DNA from: Callorhinchus milii
Taxonomy: Eukaryota
Assembly: GCF_018977255.1 (NCBI RefSeq)
Contig: NW_024704743.1
Coordinates: forward strand, 92,816,001-92,880,000
Length of the DNA stretch: 64,000 nt
Direction: 5' to 3'
Both the position numbers and the translations under genes were made by a program. Within the stretch, counting starts at the first letter, position 1. The number at the start of each line of letters is the position of its first letter. The notes under the pieces were generated by a model. It was not told the DNA's origin. It saw only the letters and a list, made by a program, of their open reading frames with translations, and searched no databases. This document shows positions 1 to 13,398 of the stretch, one piece after another.

Positions 1-343
1 CCTGGTACCTCCCTACCTCTCCGACCTCCTCACTCCCCAATCCACCACCCAGCACCTCTGCTTGACTGACACCTGCCTCCTGCTTATCCCTCGCACCCTC
101 CGCCCCACCATTGGAGGTTGCACTTTTAGCCACTGCTCCCCGAAACTGCGGAACACTCTCCATCAATCCCTCTGCCCTGCCCCCTCTTTTCAAGTCCCAC
201 CTGAAAACCTTCCTTTTCGACCGTGCTTACAGTCACCTCCCCCACCCCAACCCCGACTCGGAGTCAGGCTCTGCCACTGTTAAGCACTCTGAGACGCAAC
301 CCTGCGTGGAGGGCGCTGTATAAGTGCAAGTTGCTGTTGTTGT
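1..343 (+). mobile_element. L2 LINE 3' fragment (end of ORF2, 3' UTR, (GTT)n tail)
   Basis: Encodes FKSHLKTFLFDRAY, a typical L2 ORF2 C-terminus. Ends in stem-loop acgca-accc-tgcgt, then gcgctgtataagtgcaagttgctgttgttgt. Confidence 0.9.
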
Positions 344-1581
344 AAGAGGAGATGAGAAGTCAATAAAGATGGAGCAGGAGTGGAGGATAAAGTCGCCCAA
401 AATGATGGACGCATACAAATCTCTTTGCATTACCTTCCACTCTAAGATATATATCTTAAGGCTAAGATCTGTGATCCTTATCACCTTCCCATATATTTTT
501 TTCTATTTATTCCTTCTAATTTAACCATTTTTCTGACGTTCCTTCAGATATTGCACTGCTTCATTGCTTTTTCTTTCTTCCTTTCTGCTGTCATTTCTCT
601 ATTTTTCCTGTACGTCTGGACCCGTTCACCATTTCACACTATTCTTTATTACTTCAAAACCCACATGAATCTCAATAAGTGCATTATTAACATCACTTGC
701 CTTGCCTCCTCCTGACAGACATAGAATCACATCATGTGGAAGTTTAAGCCTGTTCTGTTAAACCATTTGATAATGGTGAGAAGTTAAATATATGAGAATA
801 CCACTTGAAACTGACTTAGGTGTCGGATTCCAACCTCACAAATTGTTGCCTGATATAGAGAGTGATCTCAAATCCTTCACATGATCTGATTTGTGATCTC
901 ACATCAAAATAGGTGGCTATGCTTGCTGGCAATAGCAGCATAAATTTGCATTATATTACACAAACATCTGGGTCTCCAGGAAAATCTGCCATCTCTTGTG
1001 GAGCTGATAATCCTGATAGACTACTTACCTGTGAGTGATTCTCAATAAAGCATATAATGAACCAGATTGCATCCGTTTTTAGCTATGACCTCTTTTGGCA
1101 GGACTGCGTCAGACTCATTTCCTTCTGATTTTGTGGAGCCGTTACACTGACAATCCCACTGCTCACATCAGCTGAATAACATTGGGATCCAAAATTCATG
1201 GCTTTCATAGACTTTGAATGTGAATTAAAAAGATAATTTATTTTTTCTGATAAGAATGTTTTTAAGAGTGCAGCCCTTTTGCATTAAAATCATTCCATCA
1301 AATAGTAATTTTCTGTTTTAATTAAAACCCTGCAGAAGGGTTAACTCGTTTCACAGAACACAGAATAATTCTTTCTATGGCCTTCCTTCAGTTTGACCAT
1401 AGTATAATTCTATTATGTTTTTGATTTGTTCCTTTTCATTATGATCAGCTCTAACTGTGATAAGGTAGCTAATGACTGAATTTTGTTTTATTTCTTTTCA
1501 GTAGTTAAATTCTCTTTTCAAATCTGGTCAGCGCACGGCAAAAATGATGTGAAGACAAGTGACACAAATGGCAGGATTCTC

Positions 1582-1660
1582 TTTTAAGCAGGAATTGTGA
1601 CCACAGGGATAATGGGCTGGTGGCAGCCAAGCGATCATTGTGACATCGCATTTTGATCCC

Positions 1661-1692
<32 letters not shown>

Positions 1693-1833
1693 GGATTCAC
1701 AAAACGTTGGATTGCTCACCCACTGATAGGGAACGTGAGCTGGCGTTAGACCGCTGTGAGACAGGTTAGTTTCATCTCTCTCATGCTGTGTTGCTCCAAT
1801 AATAATACACTGCAAAATTACCGTGAAGGAAAA
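1582..1833 (+). pseudogene. 28S rRNA-derived fragment (domain V, peptidyl-transferase region)
   Basis: accacagggataa...gatgtcggctcttcctatcattgtgaagcag...agggaacgtgagctgg...gtgagacaggttagttt is collinear with vertebrate 28S as I recall it (about 19 differences in 173 nt over 1600-1773, no indels). No other rDNA flanks it. Confidence 0.93.
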
Positions 1834-2146
1834 TGGGCATCTTACAGTACACTGGATCAGCCTTATTGCAACACCCTGCTCGTCCACTCCTCCCAGCACA
1901 AGCGGCATTGTATTGTATTTATCAGATTCTAAGAGTGAGGAAGAATACTCCATCCCTGTCATCTTGGAAAAATAAATATGATGCTGATGTTGGTAAATAA
2001 ATCCTGGCCAATACATATGTATAATTTTGTAAATAAATACAGTTTACATTTATGTAACACCTTTCACATCAGGAGAATATCTTAAAGAACTTCATATAGG
2101 TAACATGGCACCCAAGCTGTGGGGAGGGGGTTAAGATGTTAGGGTT

Positions 2147-2579
2147 GTCAGCCAGGCTCAGTTGGTAGCACTCTTGCCTCCGAGTCAAAAGATTGTTGGC
2201 CCCATGTTATGATTTGGAACTAATATAGTCTATGCTGACACTGCATTGCAGTGCTGGGGATGTGATGCAATGTTAGAGGTGCCTTCCTTCAGATGAAATG
2301 TTAAACCATGGTCCCATCTGCCTGCCTAGGTGGATGTTGAGGGTCCCATGGAACTATTCAAAAAGAGAGGTGGGGGGATTCTCCTGGTGTTCTTGTCAAC
2401 ATTCTCCCTAATAAAATGGGTCATTCATTTCATGGCTGTTTGCAGGAAAGTTTTGTACACATGTTGACTGCCATATTGCCAACAGGATGTACCGAGTCAA
2501 ATCACTTTACAATATATCCTGTGAAACGCTTTGAGACATTTCAATGACATGATAAGGTACTATTTCAAATGATTATTAT
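2147..2579 (+). mobile_element. Deu-domain SINE (SacSINE1-like), near full length
   Basis: tRNA-like head ggctcagttggtagcactcttgcctccgagtca; Deu core gaggtgcc..ttcagatgaaatgttaaacc..ggtggatgtt..cccatgg; L2-type tail ending gattattat. Confidence 0.85.
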
Positions 2580-3289
2580 ACAATGATTATTAAATAAGTG
2601 CTACTGAACAGGCGCAAAAAATTCCTTGAACTGACACTTAGCTATTTCATTAGTTTGGTTCCTGAGCTTTCAGGCCTCAGTTGCTCGCTTGAAATGTAAG
2701 GGTAGATTATTGAACTAAACATTGTACATTTATCACAGATAAGTGTAATACCACCCATAATTATTATGTGATATTTTGCGGGATCAAATCTAGTTAAGAT
2801 AAATTATCTTAATCCAAACCCCAAGTTATCCTTTTCTGGTTTGGCCCACGGGTGCTTCTGTACTTTGTGCTGTCAAATTATTATTTTCAGGACAGAGATA
2901 CACTGTTACTGACTGTGTGTGTTGAGAAAGGTGACAAATCTGACAGGAATTCTGACATTTGTTTCTCAACCCCAAGCTAATATTGCACTAGTATAAAATC
3001 ATACTGTGTTAGCTTCCTTCAAACGATGCTTGTTTTGACTGCAAATATGAGTATATTGTTCAAATCTGTTGATGGTGTCAGGTTAATTAAATTCAGAGTT
3101 AAAATATAGTTTAAAGAAAATGTTGGATATTATGCACTGTCATCTGGTACATTTCTGACACCTATTTCACAAGCCATTTCAACTTTGTTTTTAGTGGAAT
3201 TAATTATGTTGCTAATAATTATTTAGCTATATTGATGCCAGGAATACTTGGTAACAGAAAACATTGAGACTTTGAGTTTACAGTTTAAG

Positions 3290-3935
3290 TGCTGGGGAAG
3301 TAATGAATTGATGGAGGTGCCGTCATTTGGATAAGATAACAAAAATAACAATAATATATTTCGTTTAGAACCTTCCATGTCAGGAGGATGTCCCAAAGCG
3401 CTTTACATGATATACTGTAAAGTGGAATGATTGTGTATTTTGTGAGCAGCAGAAATGTTAAACTGAGGTCCCATCTATTTGTTCAGATCGGTGTGAAAGA
3501 TCCCACAGTGTGATACAAAGGAGAAGGGAGTTTTTCCTGGTATCTTTGGCTGCTGCATTCACCCACAAATATATAGTCACTATACAACAGTGTTCTTCTA
3601 TAAAGTGTAATGAATGTGAGTAAAAAAATGTGACTCTGAATACACAGAATCCAAATTACACACAGCAATGACCCACAAACAGCTATGAACTGAATTAATA
3701 GTTTCCTCTTAAGGATTGTTGACGAAGACTTCAAGAAGCAACTCCGTTTTGTTTTTATATAATGTCATGGATCTTTAAGAATCATCTGACCACGGAGATT
3801 GAACTTTAGTTTAACGTCCCATCCAAAGCATGGCCCATCTGATAATGCAGAAAATCCCCTGGCATTGCACTAAAAAGTGTCAGTCTAAACTGTGAGCTCA
3901 AGCACCTGATGCGGGAGATTGTTGACCCACAATCT
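3290..3935. mobile_element. Nest of degraded SINE fragments (Deu core on +, SINE tails and Deu core on -)
   Basis: Pieces match the two SINE families seen elsewhere in the window. Confidence 0.7.
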
Positions 3936-5338
3936 CCTGACATTGAGCAGGCCATTGCCTGCAGAGCAGAGAGAGTGGGCAGGTTAGTAAGGCTTTGGCA
4001 GGTCGCAGAAGTAGGGAGGAGCAAGAACTTACAATGGGGAGTATGTTCCTTTATGAGTAGAACTGTTTTTCATTCATATTCATAAATTTATGTCTCTTCG
4101 AGGCCAAATTGTCAACTGCCAAGGACACATGCCACTACCACTTATCTACTACTTATCTCTGCTGTGCTCCAACAGTAGTGGACTTATTGCAATGGCACAT
4201 TCCACTAGAGCAGTGTATCATTTGACTCGTCATTATCCCGTAGGAGTTTAGAAACACAACTGCACAAGCGATAAAGCTATAAAACTTCCTTTAATTAGTG
4301 CAGAACAGTGACACTGGTGCAGTTTAAAACGACCTTGAGAAAGCAAGTGAGGATGGATGAAATGTGCACTGGGAAATTATTGAAAAAGACATTTTTATGA
4401 AAGTGTACAATGTGAAGACAGCTTCTCCACACAACAGCACAAACAGTACCTCCTGATATGGGAATTGGAAAGTGATATGTTAGCTGTTCTATTGGATGCA
4501 ATAACCAAATGGTGGGATCTAGAGAACAACTTCCTATAAAATGAGTTGCCTTGAAATGGATATATCACTATTTCTGCCTTGAGTCCATGTCCTACAATGC
4601 ATTGGACTTGTAAAGTGTGAGCGTAGAGTGAGCTTGAATTTACTCCAGGCACTTTCTGGTGGATCAATCGCAACCACTGGAAATGTCAGGCGAGCCCCCA
4701 GGATTTCACTTTATTTTCGTTGACCCTGTAAGCTTGACGACCTTCAGGAGCCAGGTAGTGTTTGGAATAGAATTGTTCCTTGACCTCCTGCAACAAACAA
4801 CTCAACTTTTCTGCACGAGCAGGGCAGGTGTAGCTGCCTTCCTCCAACGGTCACAGTCAACATGGGCAGCAAGTGCCAGGGGGGCAGCAGAAGGCAGGAG
4901 ATGTGCCTTCTCCCAGCCCATTGGAGGCTATGATGGAATATATAGTGACATTCTGACATTCTTACTTTCCTTTTTCCATCTTGAACAGAGATTGACATTT
5001 GTGGAAGGAGTTTGGAAATGCAGGCTAGAAAGGGAGCATAAGAACTTTCCTTATAAAATCCAGATTTCTGGGTTCCATTGATTAATCTGGGCTCCCTTTT
5101 ATGTAACATCCTTACATATCTTGTCAGAGGGGCCCCTGCATGTCAGATTATAACTGGTTACGTCTTTTCCCACTTGCTGCATGGTGATAATGGCAATGAG
5201 TGCTGCTCATGAAATATTTCTTCATTTTTGAACAGTACTAAAAAATTATTTCCTTTTGCCCTTTAACCATTTAGATCCCAAAATGTGTCCCCTTTGGAGT
5301 TGAAATACTGTTGGTATTTTGCTTTGTATCTATTGTCT

Positions 5339-5723
5339 GTCAGCTTGGCCCAGTCGGTAGCACTCACATCACGATTTGGAACCTGTATTGTCTAAGCTGA
5401 CGTTTCAATCAGTGTGGTGAGTGTGCTGCATAGTCAGACGTACCATCCTTCAGATGACTGTAACCGCTTATCCAAATGGATGTTAAATATTGCATAGCAC
5501 TCTTCGGTAAGTAAAGGGAGTTTCTCTCGATGTCCTGGCTAACAATTCTTTAAATAGAATTGGTCACTCACTCCATGGCTGTTTGTGGGACATTGGTAGG
5601 TGCATACATGTTGCCGTGTTTGCCCACAAATTACACAGTCACTGCATAATGTAGTATATCTTGTGAAGCACTTGAGATGTCGCAATGATGTGATAAGGTG
5701 CAATATCAAATGCAAGGATTATT
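5339..5723 (+). mobile_element. Deu-domain SINE
   Basis: Head gtcagcttggcccagtcggtagcactc, Deu core, tail tatcaaatgcaaggattatt. Confidence 0.82.
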
Positions 5724-6890
5724 AATTTTATGGCATTACTACATTTTATGGCATTCGTAAAGCATTTATCTTCCTTCTTTGTGATTTTATTTCTTAAAGC
5801 AATGATCCAGAATTACTAGGATCAACATAAATAGAAAGAAAATAGAATGAATTATACTATTGACACCAACACTATGCGGAATTTCCTGTTGCTAAAATGC
5901 AGTGGGTACAAACAGCCAACTGTGTAAATGTCTGTGCATTTGTAACACTCATTAGTGAAACTAACGCTAAGCTGGAAAGTGATATCTCTGGAGTGGAAGT
6001 AAATTGACAAAAAAAAAATGGGTTTGGAGTAAATAGTATATACATAATAATAAGGACGGAGGAGTACTGTTTGGAATATGAAAACAGATTATATTTATTC
6101 ATATCCTTATTAAATAGTGTTTTCAGAATCTTTACAGAATGTTGTTCTAATAGTATAGAGCTTCTAAAATCTTGTGAGATGTGATTTCACACAGCTGCTG
6201 CTGGTTGAATGCCTGTTCTTTTGAACTTTTGTGCCAGAGGTCTGCATTGGATGATCAAACAGGCATTATTTGGGATTCATCGAGTGACAACGTTATAAAT
6301 GAGTTCGCTGTGTAATTGAAGATGGAGATGGGGTTTGTACCTGTGTGTGTGTGTCCGTGAACACACTTATATGATTGTTGTATCATTTCAAAGCCATATT
6401 TTCTTAATAAGCTGTTAGTTGTCCTCACTAGAATTCTGTATACCAGTATATATACTCATGTAAATATTAACTTCTAGCATATTCAATACAATTTACATTT
6501 CTGTAGTTGCTTTCATGCTGGGAAGATGTTTCAAAGTTCTTAATTAGATGGAATTCTTGTCAGGAAGACTAACAATTACAATATGAATATAATAATAATC
6601 GTGAATTTGGTAAAGCGCCATATACTAAATAGTCATGAAACAAATGTCCAATTTTTATTTTGGGGATTCCCTTCTCCTTTCTCTTTTCAAATAGTGCCAT
6701 AGAACAGTTGTATATAATTTACTTATACAAATCTTTGACTATTGATTTTAAATCTTGTGATTTATTTATTCCTACCATGGACACTAAACAAACTTTGCAT
6801 GAACAGAATTACAGGTCTATTACTGTTAGGACTCTTTTTGTTGGAGCTGGGAAGTTTGAAGGGTGATATGATAGAGGTATTTACGATATA

Positions 6891-7169
6891 TTTTTGTCAG
6901 CCATGTGTCTTTGACATACAAAGACCAATACAATGTTTAAGCATCTGCAAACCAAAACACTGAGGGTTCCAGAAATGTATGCTTACCCTTTGTATGGAAT
7001 GCACACTCTCTCCCTGGAGTGATGCCCCATACTTATATAACCCAAGTGAGTTTAAACACCATCATCAACAATGGAACCAGGCTACTGAAACCACGAAAAA
7101 GGGTTGGCTCATCCGGTATTTCATTTCCAGGCAAGTGTCACGATATCCCATTCAGCTCCAAAGAGACCT
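6891..7169 (-). repeat. Unclassified ~590-nt structured element, copy 1 (internally deleted)
   Basis: Shares ggaatgcacactctctccc and ttcagctccaaagagac with 39953-40544. T-run at the left end is an A-tail on the - strand. Confidence 0.75.
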
Positions 7170-8211
7170 ATATTACCCACCCATGCCCTCCCATCCTGCA
7201 TAGTTTATTAAGATGATAAAAGGATTTGAAAAGATAAATGGTAAAGAAACATCTCTGCTAGTAGGTGTTTTGAACACAAGAGAATATGAATTTAAAATTA
7301 TAACTTGGAATATGAAAGGGGAATGTTAGTAAAACAAATAAGGGAAAGATGAAAAACATTTCTTTTATTTGTAGAATCAGTGACAAAACAGTGTAAGAAA
7401 TTGGTTCTATATCCCCAACAAAGGTCCAATGGGTAACAAAAATTAGGTCGATAATATTAATCCATGTATTTGATATAGTGTCTTATCAAGTACAAGGATT
7501 ATCATTATAGATCTATTTTTTGATGTGGAGACATCTCAACAAAGTTTACATAATTTTTATTCTACTGTGAAAGTTTGCGATTGTGTATTTAATAAGTGAA
7601 CATAGCAGCCAATTTCCACAGTGTAATATCCTTGGAATAACTGGAGCTTAATATTAAGTTAGAGATGCTAATAATGGCTCTGATCCAAATTACATAGAAT
7701 TTAGATTCAAATTCAATCTTTAATTCATCAATTAAATTACTCAAACAAAGCCTCCCAATCACCTCTTATCTGGTCAATTTCAGGCTCTGCCCCTTAAGAT
7801 TGATTTATTTTCAACATTAAAACTGACCTATTTATCTTATCAAAGGAGCTTTCTGAGACTTTGAAGTATCCAACGTTGATAGGGGTTAAACCTTGATTGA
7901 CCAACAAAGAATCAAAGAATTGACAATCCAATGTGATTAATTTTATTTCGCCCACAGAAGATCACTTTACAGTGCATTCTGTGAAGTGGTTCAATGACGT
8001 GATAAGGCGCTATATCAAATGCAAGGATTATTATTGTTATTTATTTACTGGACATTTAGGTAAAATGTTGCAATTGACAGATAATAATACCGTTACACAA
8101 CTTAAGCCCTTAATTAAGAACTGTAGAACATTCTAAATTCTAAAGTAAAGCTGAATTTAAGAATTTCCCAAAATTCGATGTCATCTTAGCTTTTACTTCA
8201 AAATTGTCCAA

Positions 8212-8927
8212 CGGCGTGGTCCAACAGTCGACCTGTGGGCAGCAACCAGCCGGTGCATGATTTTGTCCAGACCACAAACCATTTCGAACTTCACTGTTTT
8301 ACCTCCTGGCTGTGCCTCGCTTCTGGTCAGTCTCTATGAGGCAGTGCGGAGAGTGATAGGAAGAGGGGCAGAGGGAGAGGAATCCAGTCCCACCCCTCCT
8401 GTTCACATTTTATGTTACTTATTGCAACTTGGTTAGACAGTGATTTTGCAAGTATTTTGCAATTCTAAAATTACAGAAATATTAGTTTCAATAGGAAACG
8501 CAAGTTAGATATGGAAATAAGGGATTTCAGTATGCATGCAAAGTGAATTACATGTTTATTGAAAGTAATGGAAACCTTAGTGCCTTGTTTGCTTGCAAGT
8601 CATATCTGTTTTGAAGGAGTTCAGAGTAAGTTTTGCAATTATGGATTAATTTGTTTTGTTTTTGTTGAGCATTCTCTGAAGGGGCTTCCATATGGTGAGT
8701 TGATATCTTGTGTTTTGAACTTTAATGCATTAAAGCATTTGATGTATATATTTCCATTTGAGGAGATCATTTTTTAGTAATACAGTCACACAATTTAAAA
8801 CATAAGATTCCTGTATGATGCTTTCTTGTTTCTGGAAGGGAGAAACAAAAATATTGCTTATGCGGCCCACAGACATTTCTCAAATATGGCATCCAACCCT
8901 CGACACCCAAAAGATTCGACCACCCTG
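8212..8927. mobile_element. Non-autonomous hAT (Charlie-like) DNA transposon / MITE
   Basis: Imperfect TIRs cggcgtggtccaac / gattcgaccaccctg, with subterminal gcggccc-type motifs typical of hAT MITEs. No clear 8-bp TSD. Confidence 0.7.
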
Positions 8928-9105
8928 GTGAAACACTAAGTGGAATTTCAAGCCAATCGTGCCAACTTTTTGAAGAACTTAGTTTTAGTTGTAAAGCTTA
9001 AGTGTTCAGATAAAGAAATTAAAGTTAAGTAGTCAATTCTGTATAAATCCATTGTTGTGGAGAATGGATCTGTGTATTAATTCAAGAGGGAAAGAGAATC
9101 ACAAT

Positions 9106-9729
9106 ACAACAACAACAACAAGATTCGATTTATAGAGCGTCTTTCACGTCGGGAGGACGTCCCAAGGTGGTGTACAGTTGGGTCAGGACCCGAGCAAGGC
9201 GGAAATGGTCAGGGTGAGGGGAGGGAAGGGAGGGAGCGAGGAGGGGGTAAAGAGTCGAGAGGGGAGCTGAGGGCATGGTCAAAGAGAAAGGTCTTGAGAC
9301 TGGCCTTGAAGGAGGAAAGGGAGGAGGCAAGGCGAAGGCACTGGGGATAGAGTTCCAGAGCCTAGGGGCTGAGAGGCTGAAGGCCCGGCCACCGATGGTA
9401 GGGCGGTTGGGGCGGGGGATGTGGAGCAGACCGGAGCCAGAGGAACGGAGGGTACGGGCAGGTAGGTAGGGGGATAGTAGGTCGGAGAGGTAGGAGGGAG
9501 CAAGGCCGTGAATGGCCTTGTAGGTGAGGATGAGGATCTTGAATTCGATCCTCTGGGGGATGGGGAGCCAGTGGAGGCGAGCGAGGGTGGGAGTGATGTG
9601 GTCCGAAGCCTGGTGCGGGACAGTACACGAGCTGCAGAGTTCTGAATGATCTGCAGCTTGTGGAGGGAGGTGCTGGGAAGGCCGGCGAGGAGAGAGTTCC
9701 CATAGTCCAGCCTTGAGGTGATAAAGGTG
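9106..9729 (-). mobile_element. Young L2 LINE, 5'-truncated
   Basis: Nearly identical to 16465-17335 and 51907-52890, CpG-rich, (CAA)n on + at the left end. Confidence 0.95.
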
Positions 9730-10516
9730 ATAAATACAACCTTTGTTAGGTGTGTCTCAGCACCTTATCTTTTGTGTGTTGACTGGCATGGTCAACAGAG
9801 TTGCCATTCAGCTTCTCCACCTAGTTCCTTGGAGTCTTGTCTTCAGAGCCCTGCAGACTAGTTTACTAGTAGCTTAATATTGATTTTATTTCATCATAAC
9901 ACATAACGTGTTTTTATTTGTCTCTCCAAACTCTCTCCTGTTCTTTCTTTCTCTTTAAGAGTTATAACATTTTTTTTATAACCCTGACTTGTTTTTCCTG
10001 ATATCTTATCTGGTTAGTGTCACAAGCTCTCTATAGCCCTCCCAATCTGTTGGGACAAAGGCTCCAGTTCAGCTGCCCAGAAGACACACAATTCTGGCAC
10101 AATTCTGCTTATAAAACCTTGTACAATTGGTACCTTGACCAAAATCAACCTTTTTTAAAATCAAAATTCAGTTGGACCATTCATTTTTATCCTAAACATT
10201 GATTTGTTACACTGTCAATTTGACAAACAGATCCTACAGGAGCACAGTTTCAAGTTTGTTAGCAGAAAAAAATAGGAGGTTAAAAGGAATAGATTCACTT
10301 AAGACTATTGTGAGGAGGGACACAATCCATGCTCTCCCAAACTAAAATAAATAACTTTTAGTAATTTGCTGAAGACTTTGGGCATAGACCACCCATTTAA
10401 TTACAAGTTAATTTGGTGTGGGAACTTTAAATGATGATGAATTTGTAATAGCATTAACTTATTAAAAATACATGGAAAGGGTTACATAATAGTTCAATTG
10501 GTAAAATCCCTACAGG

Positions 10517-10737
10517 TGTGAAACAGAACCAGTTTGCTCCTCCGTCTCCCACCACTTCCTTTTCATGCCCTTTCAATACAGTTTCCTCTCCACCACAGCA
10601 CTGAGACTGTCCTGATTAACATCATTAATTAAGTTATTTCCATCAGCAGCCAGGGCACTCTTTGCCTCCTTGTTCTACTCAATTTCTCTGGTGCCTTCGA
10701 TTCCATCAACCACTCCTTCTTCACACCTTTCCTCCTT
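10517..10737 (+). mobile_element. Old L2 reverse-transcriptase fragment
   Basis: Degenerate translation HSTETVLI...LLVLLNFSGAFDSINH matches the L2 RT motif HSTETAL...LLDLSAAFDTVDH. Confidence 0.75.
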
Positions 10738-12631
10738 GCTGGAGATACAGTGAAACTGAAAGGGCAGAAACTCTGCGACTCACCATCTATATGGTTTAGT
10801 ATTTTTGGTGTACTGCCAAAAACACTAATTGGTTCTCCCTTGGTGCCAGCATCCGTTGGCATGGGATTCACTCCCATGTAGAAAAAAACAGAACAGGTAC
10901 CTTTATTCATTGAGACGTTGAAACTCCAAAGTATTATCAAATCAAAATAAACTTACAATAACTGTATTGATTCATTTTCACAAGGGGTGGAAACCAAATT
11001 TGACTAAATTCAACAGTGCAAAATAATGTTTTGCCAGAAAACAAGCATTTTCTCATGAGGTTTGATGCATAAATAATAGACGAATGATCCATTAATTATA
11101 TTTGGTAAATAAGCAGTGTACCAAAAGCACTAAACCATGTATAAACAATCTTATATGCTTGTAAATTGTAAAATAGATGTATGTATATGAGGTATTCTGT
11201 TCCATTCACATAATGTACTTAATTTATTGATATGTGAGGCTATTCTCCTTCTTTCGTTATGTTTAGTGGATTTATCACTGCAAATGACTGGAATGGAATT
11301 TTAAATTATAAATAAAATTGCATTATACATTGAAAACCAGAATCACACATATAAAACTGTTTACGGTTATTTACAAATGTATTGAATTTACTAAAAGCTT
11401 AGTTAAAGGAGCAGAATAATCCAAGGATCAAATTGACTAAATTTGCAGTGAGGGAAAAGAGCACAATGATGCTGTCAGTGAAGATAAACATAGAGGCATT
11501 ATTTTCTTAAAAGAAAAAAAACTTTGACTATTTATATTCACAAGAATTTGATGGGTGAGAAAATGCTTTAAAAAAGGGAAAATCTCGCCTTGAAAAAATA
11601 ATCCCATTGTATTTTTATTTTGTGTATGAGCAAGAGCTTTCATTTTCAAAACACTTTATCACATTGAAGCTCCTCAAAGAACTTCTTATAACCTACTTTC
11701 TTTGAGAAAATTGGGCACCATGACATAACATGCTATCACTACCATACTATACAGCTTGTAACGATTGCTAAAATAATTAAATTCTTCTGCTCTTTTTCAC
11801 ATTTTCGTTATCCAGTAGAAATGTCATGGTAAGGTCTATTACTGCCATGTTCTTTCTTTGCTATTGAGAGATGGGCTGTTAAAATATCAACCCCTTTTAG
11901 ATTATTTTTAATAAATTTGAACATATTCATTCTCAAGACATTTACTGGACTCATGACGTTTCTAGAGTATGCAAGAATAAATCTGATTAATATCAAAATT
12001 AAATTCAATTTTATTCATTCTCATGTTAGATCAAATTTAAGATTTTAATATAATTAAATGCTAGAATAAATACAATCATGGAATAATTTAATATTGATTT
12101 CAGTAGGGACTTAGATTTTTTGTGAAATTAATAAGTTAATACTAAATTAAAAAAACTATCCTGTATTATCACTGCTGAGCATTGATAATCTCTGCATTTC
12201 TTCAAAGTATGTTAACATTTTCTTATAGCTGGATTCACCAATACAGAACACAACTTTGTTGCTGATCAGAAAAAAAGTAAGGTTCTGTGGTTGATAAATT
12301 TATCCTGATTTGATATTTGGACAATGATAAAATGGCTGTTTACTTTTGAGCACTTCATCTTGTAGAATCCTTCTCTCCTTCAAGAGACTGATTGTCTATC
12401 AACAACAGTCCCAACCCCCCCACCCCAATCCATTCAACACTTTCCTTGCCAACATCTCCTCTTTCTGTTTCTGCACTGAACACTTTCTCATTAATGCAAT
12501 GCAATACAAATTTACATTTATTTAATGTCTTTCACATTTCAAGGATGTCCCAGGTTTCTTTAATATGGCTTGACACCCAAGCTGGGAGTGGAAGCCTCTC
12601 AGATGGGAAGGGAAAGATGACCGAAGGTGGG

Positions 12632-12835
12632 TTGATAATTGGGACCTTCAAACTTCACTAATTCTTCCTGCACAATCTCCTCTGATTTCTCCAATCTCTT
12701 CTCCTTTAAACTACCTTTCATGTAAACTCCCTTACCTACAACCAGAGCCATCCCCTCGATCCTGTCATCACTCATGGTCTTGATACCTTCGAGCTTGCCA
12801 TCACTAACAAGACCAACTTCAACCATTTCATCTCA
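12632..12835 (+). mobile_element. Old L2 endonuclease (APE) fragment
   Basis: Degenerate LIIGTFKLH...HVNSLT...HPLDPVITHGL...NHF resembles the APE motifs LILGDFNLH / HPLDLVI / SDH. Confidence 0.65.
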
Positions 12836-13013
12836 CTTTACAATTCCACCCTACTCATAGCACTGAGACATTGGAGGAGACAAAGTGGAAATAATGGTTC
12901 AAATAGGATTAGAACCAGGTGACAGATAGATAGCTGTCAGGTTTAGAAAATAAGCATTTTATCCACGCACAATACCACAGCAGTGAGACCCATATAATGA
13001 CAATACACGTGAT

Positions 13014-13398
13014 AACAACAGCAACTTGCACTTATATAGTGCCCTCCACGCAGGGTAGCATCTCAGAGTGCTTAACAGTGGCTGAGCCTGACTCCAAGCC
13101 GGGGGTGGGGTGCACAGTCGAAGAGGAATGTTTTTGGATGGGACTTAAAAAATGAGGAGAGGGGGCAAGGTGGAGGGATTGAGGGAGAATGTTCCACAGT
13201 TTCGGGGAGTAGTGGCTGAAAGAGTGACCTCCGATGGTGGGGTGGAGGGTGCGAGGAACAAGCAGTAGACCAGTGCCAGTCGAGTGGAGGCGCTGGGTGG
13301 TAGATTGGGGAATGAGGAAGTCAGAGAGCTAGGGAGATGCCAGAGAGTGAAGGGATTTGAACACAAGTCTGAGGATCTTGAAGTCGATCCATTTGGTG
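13014..13398 (-). mobile_element. L2 LINE 3' fragment (same subfamily as 1-343)
   Basis: Reverse complement of the 1-343 3' UTR and tail: aacttgcacttatatagtgccctccacgcagggtagcatctcagag. Confidence 0.88.

Noticed and set aside
1528..2016. 162-aa minus-strand ORF
   Set aside because: Antisense reading of the 28S fragment, a familiar spurious ORF.
4535..4900. TGA-interrupted minus-strand frames as a possible selenoprotein
   Set aside because: No similarity to selenoprotein P or others I know, and no SECIS seen.
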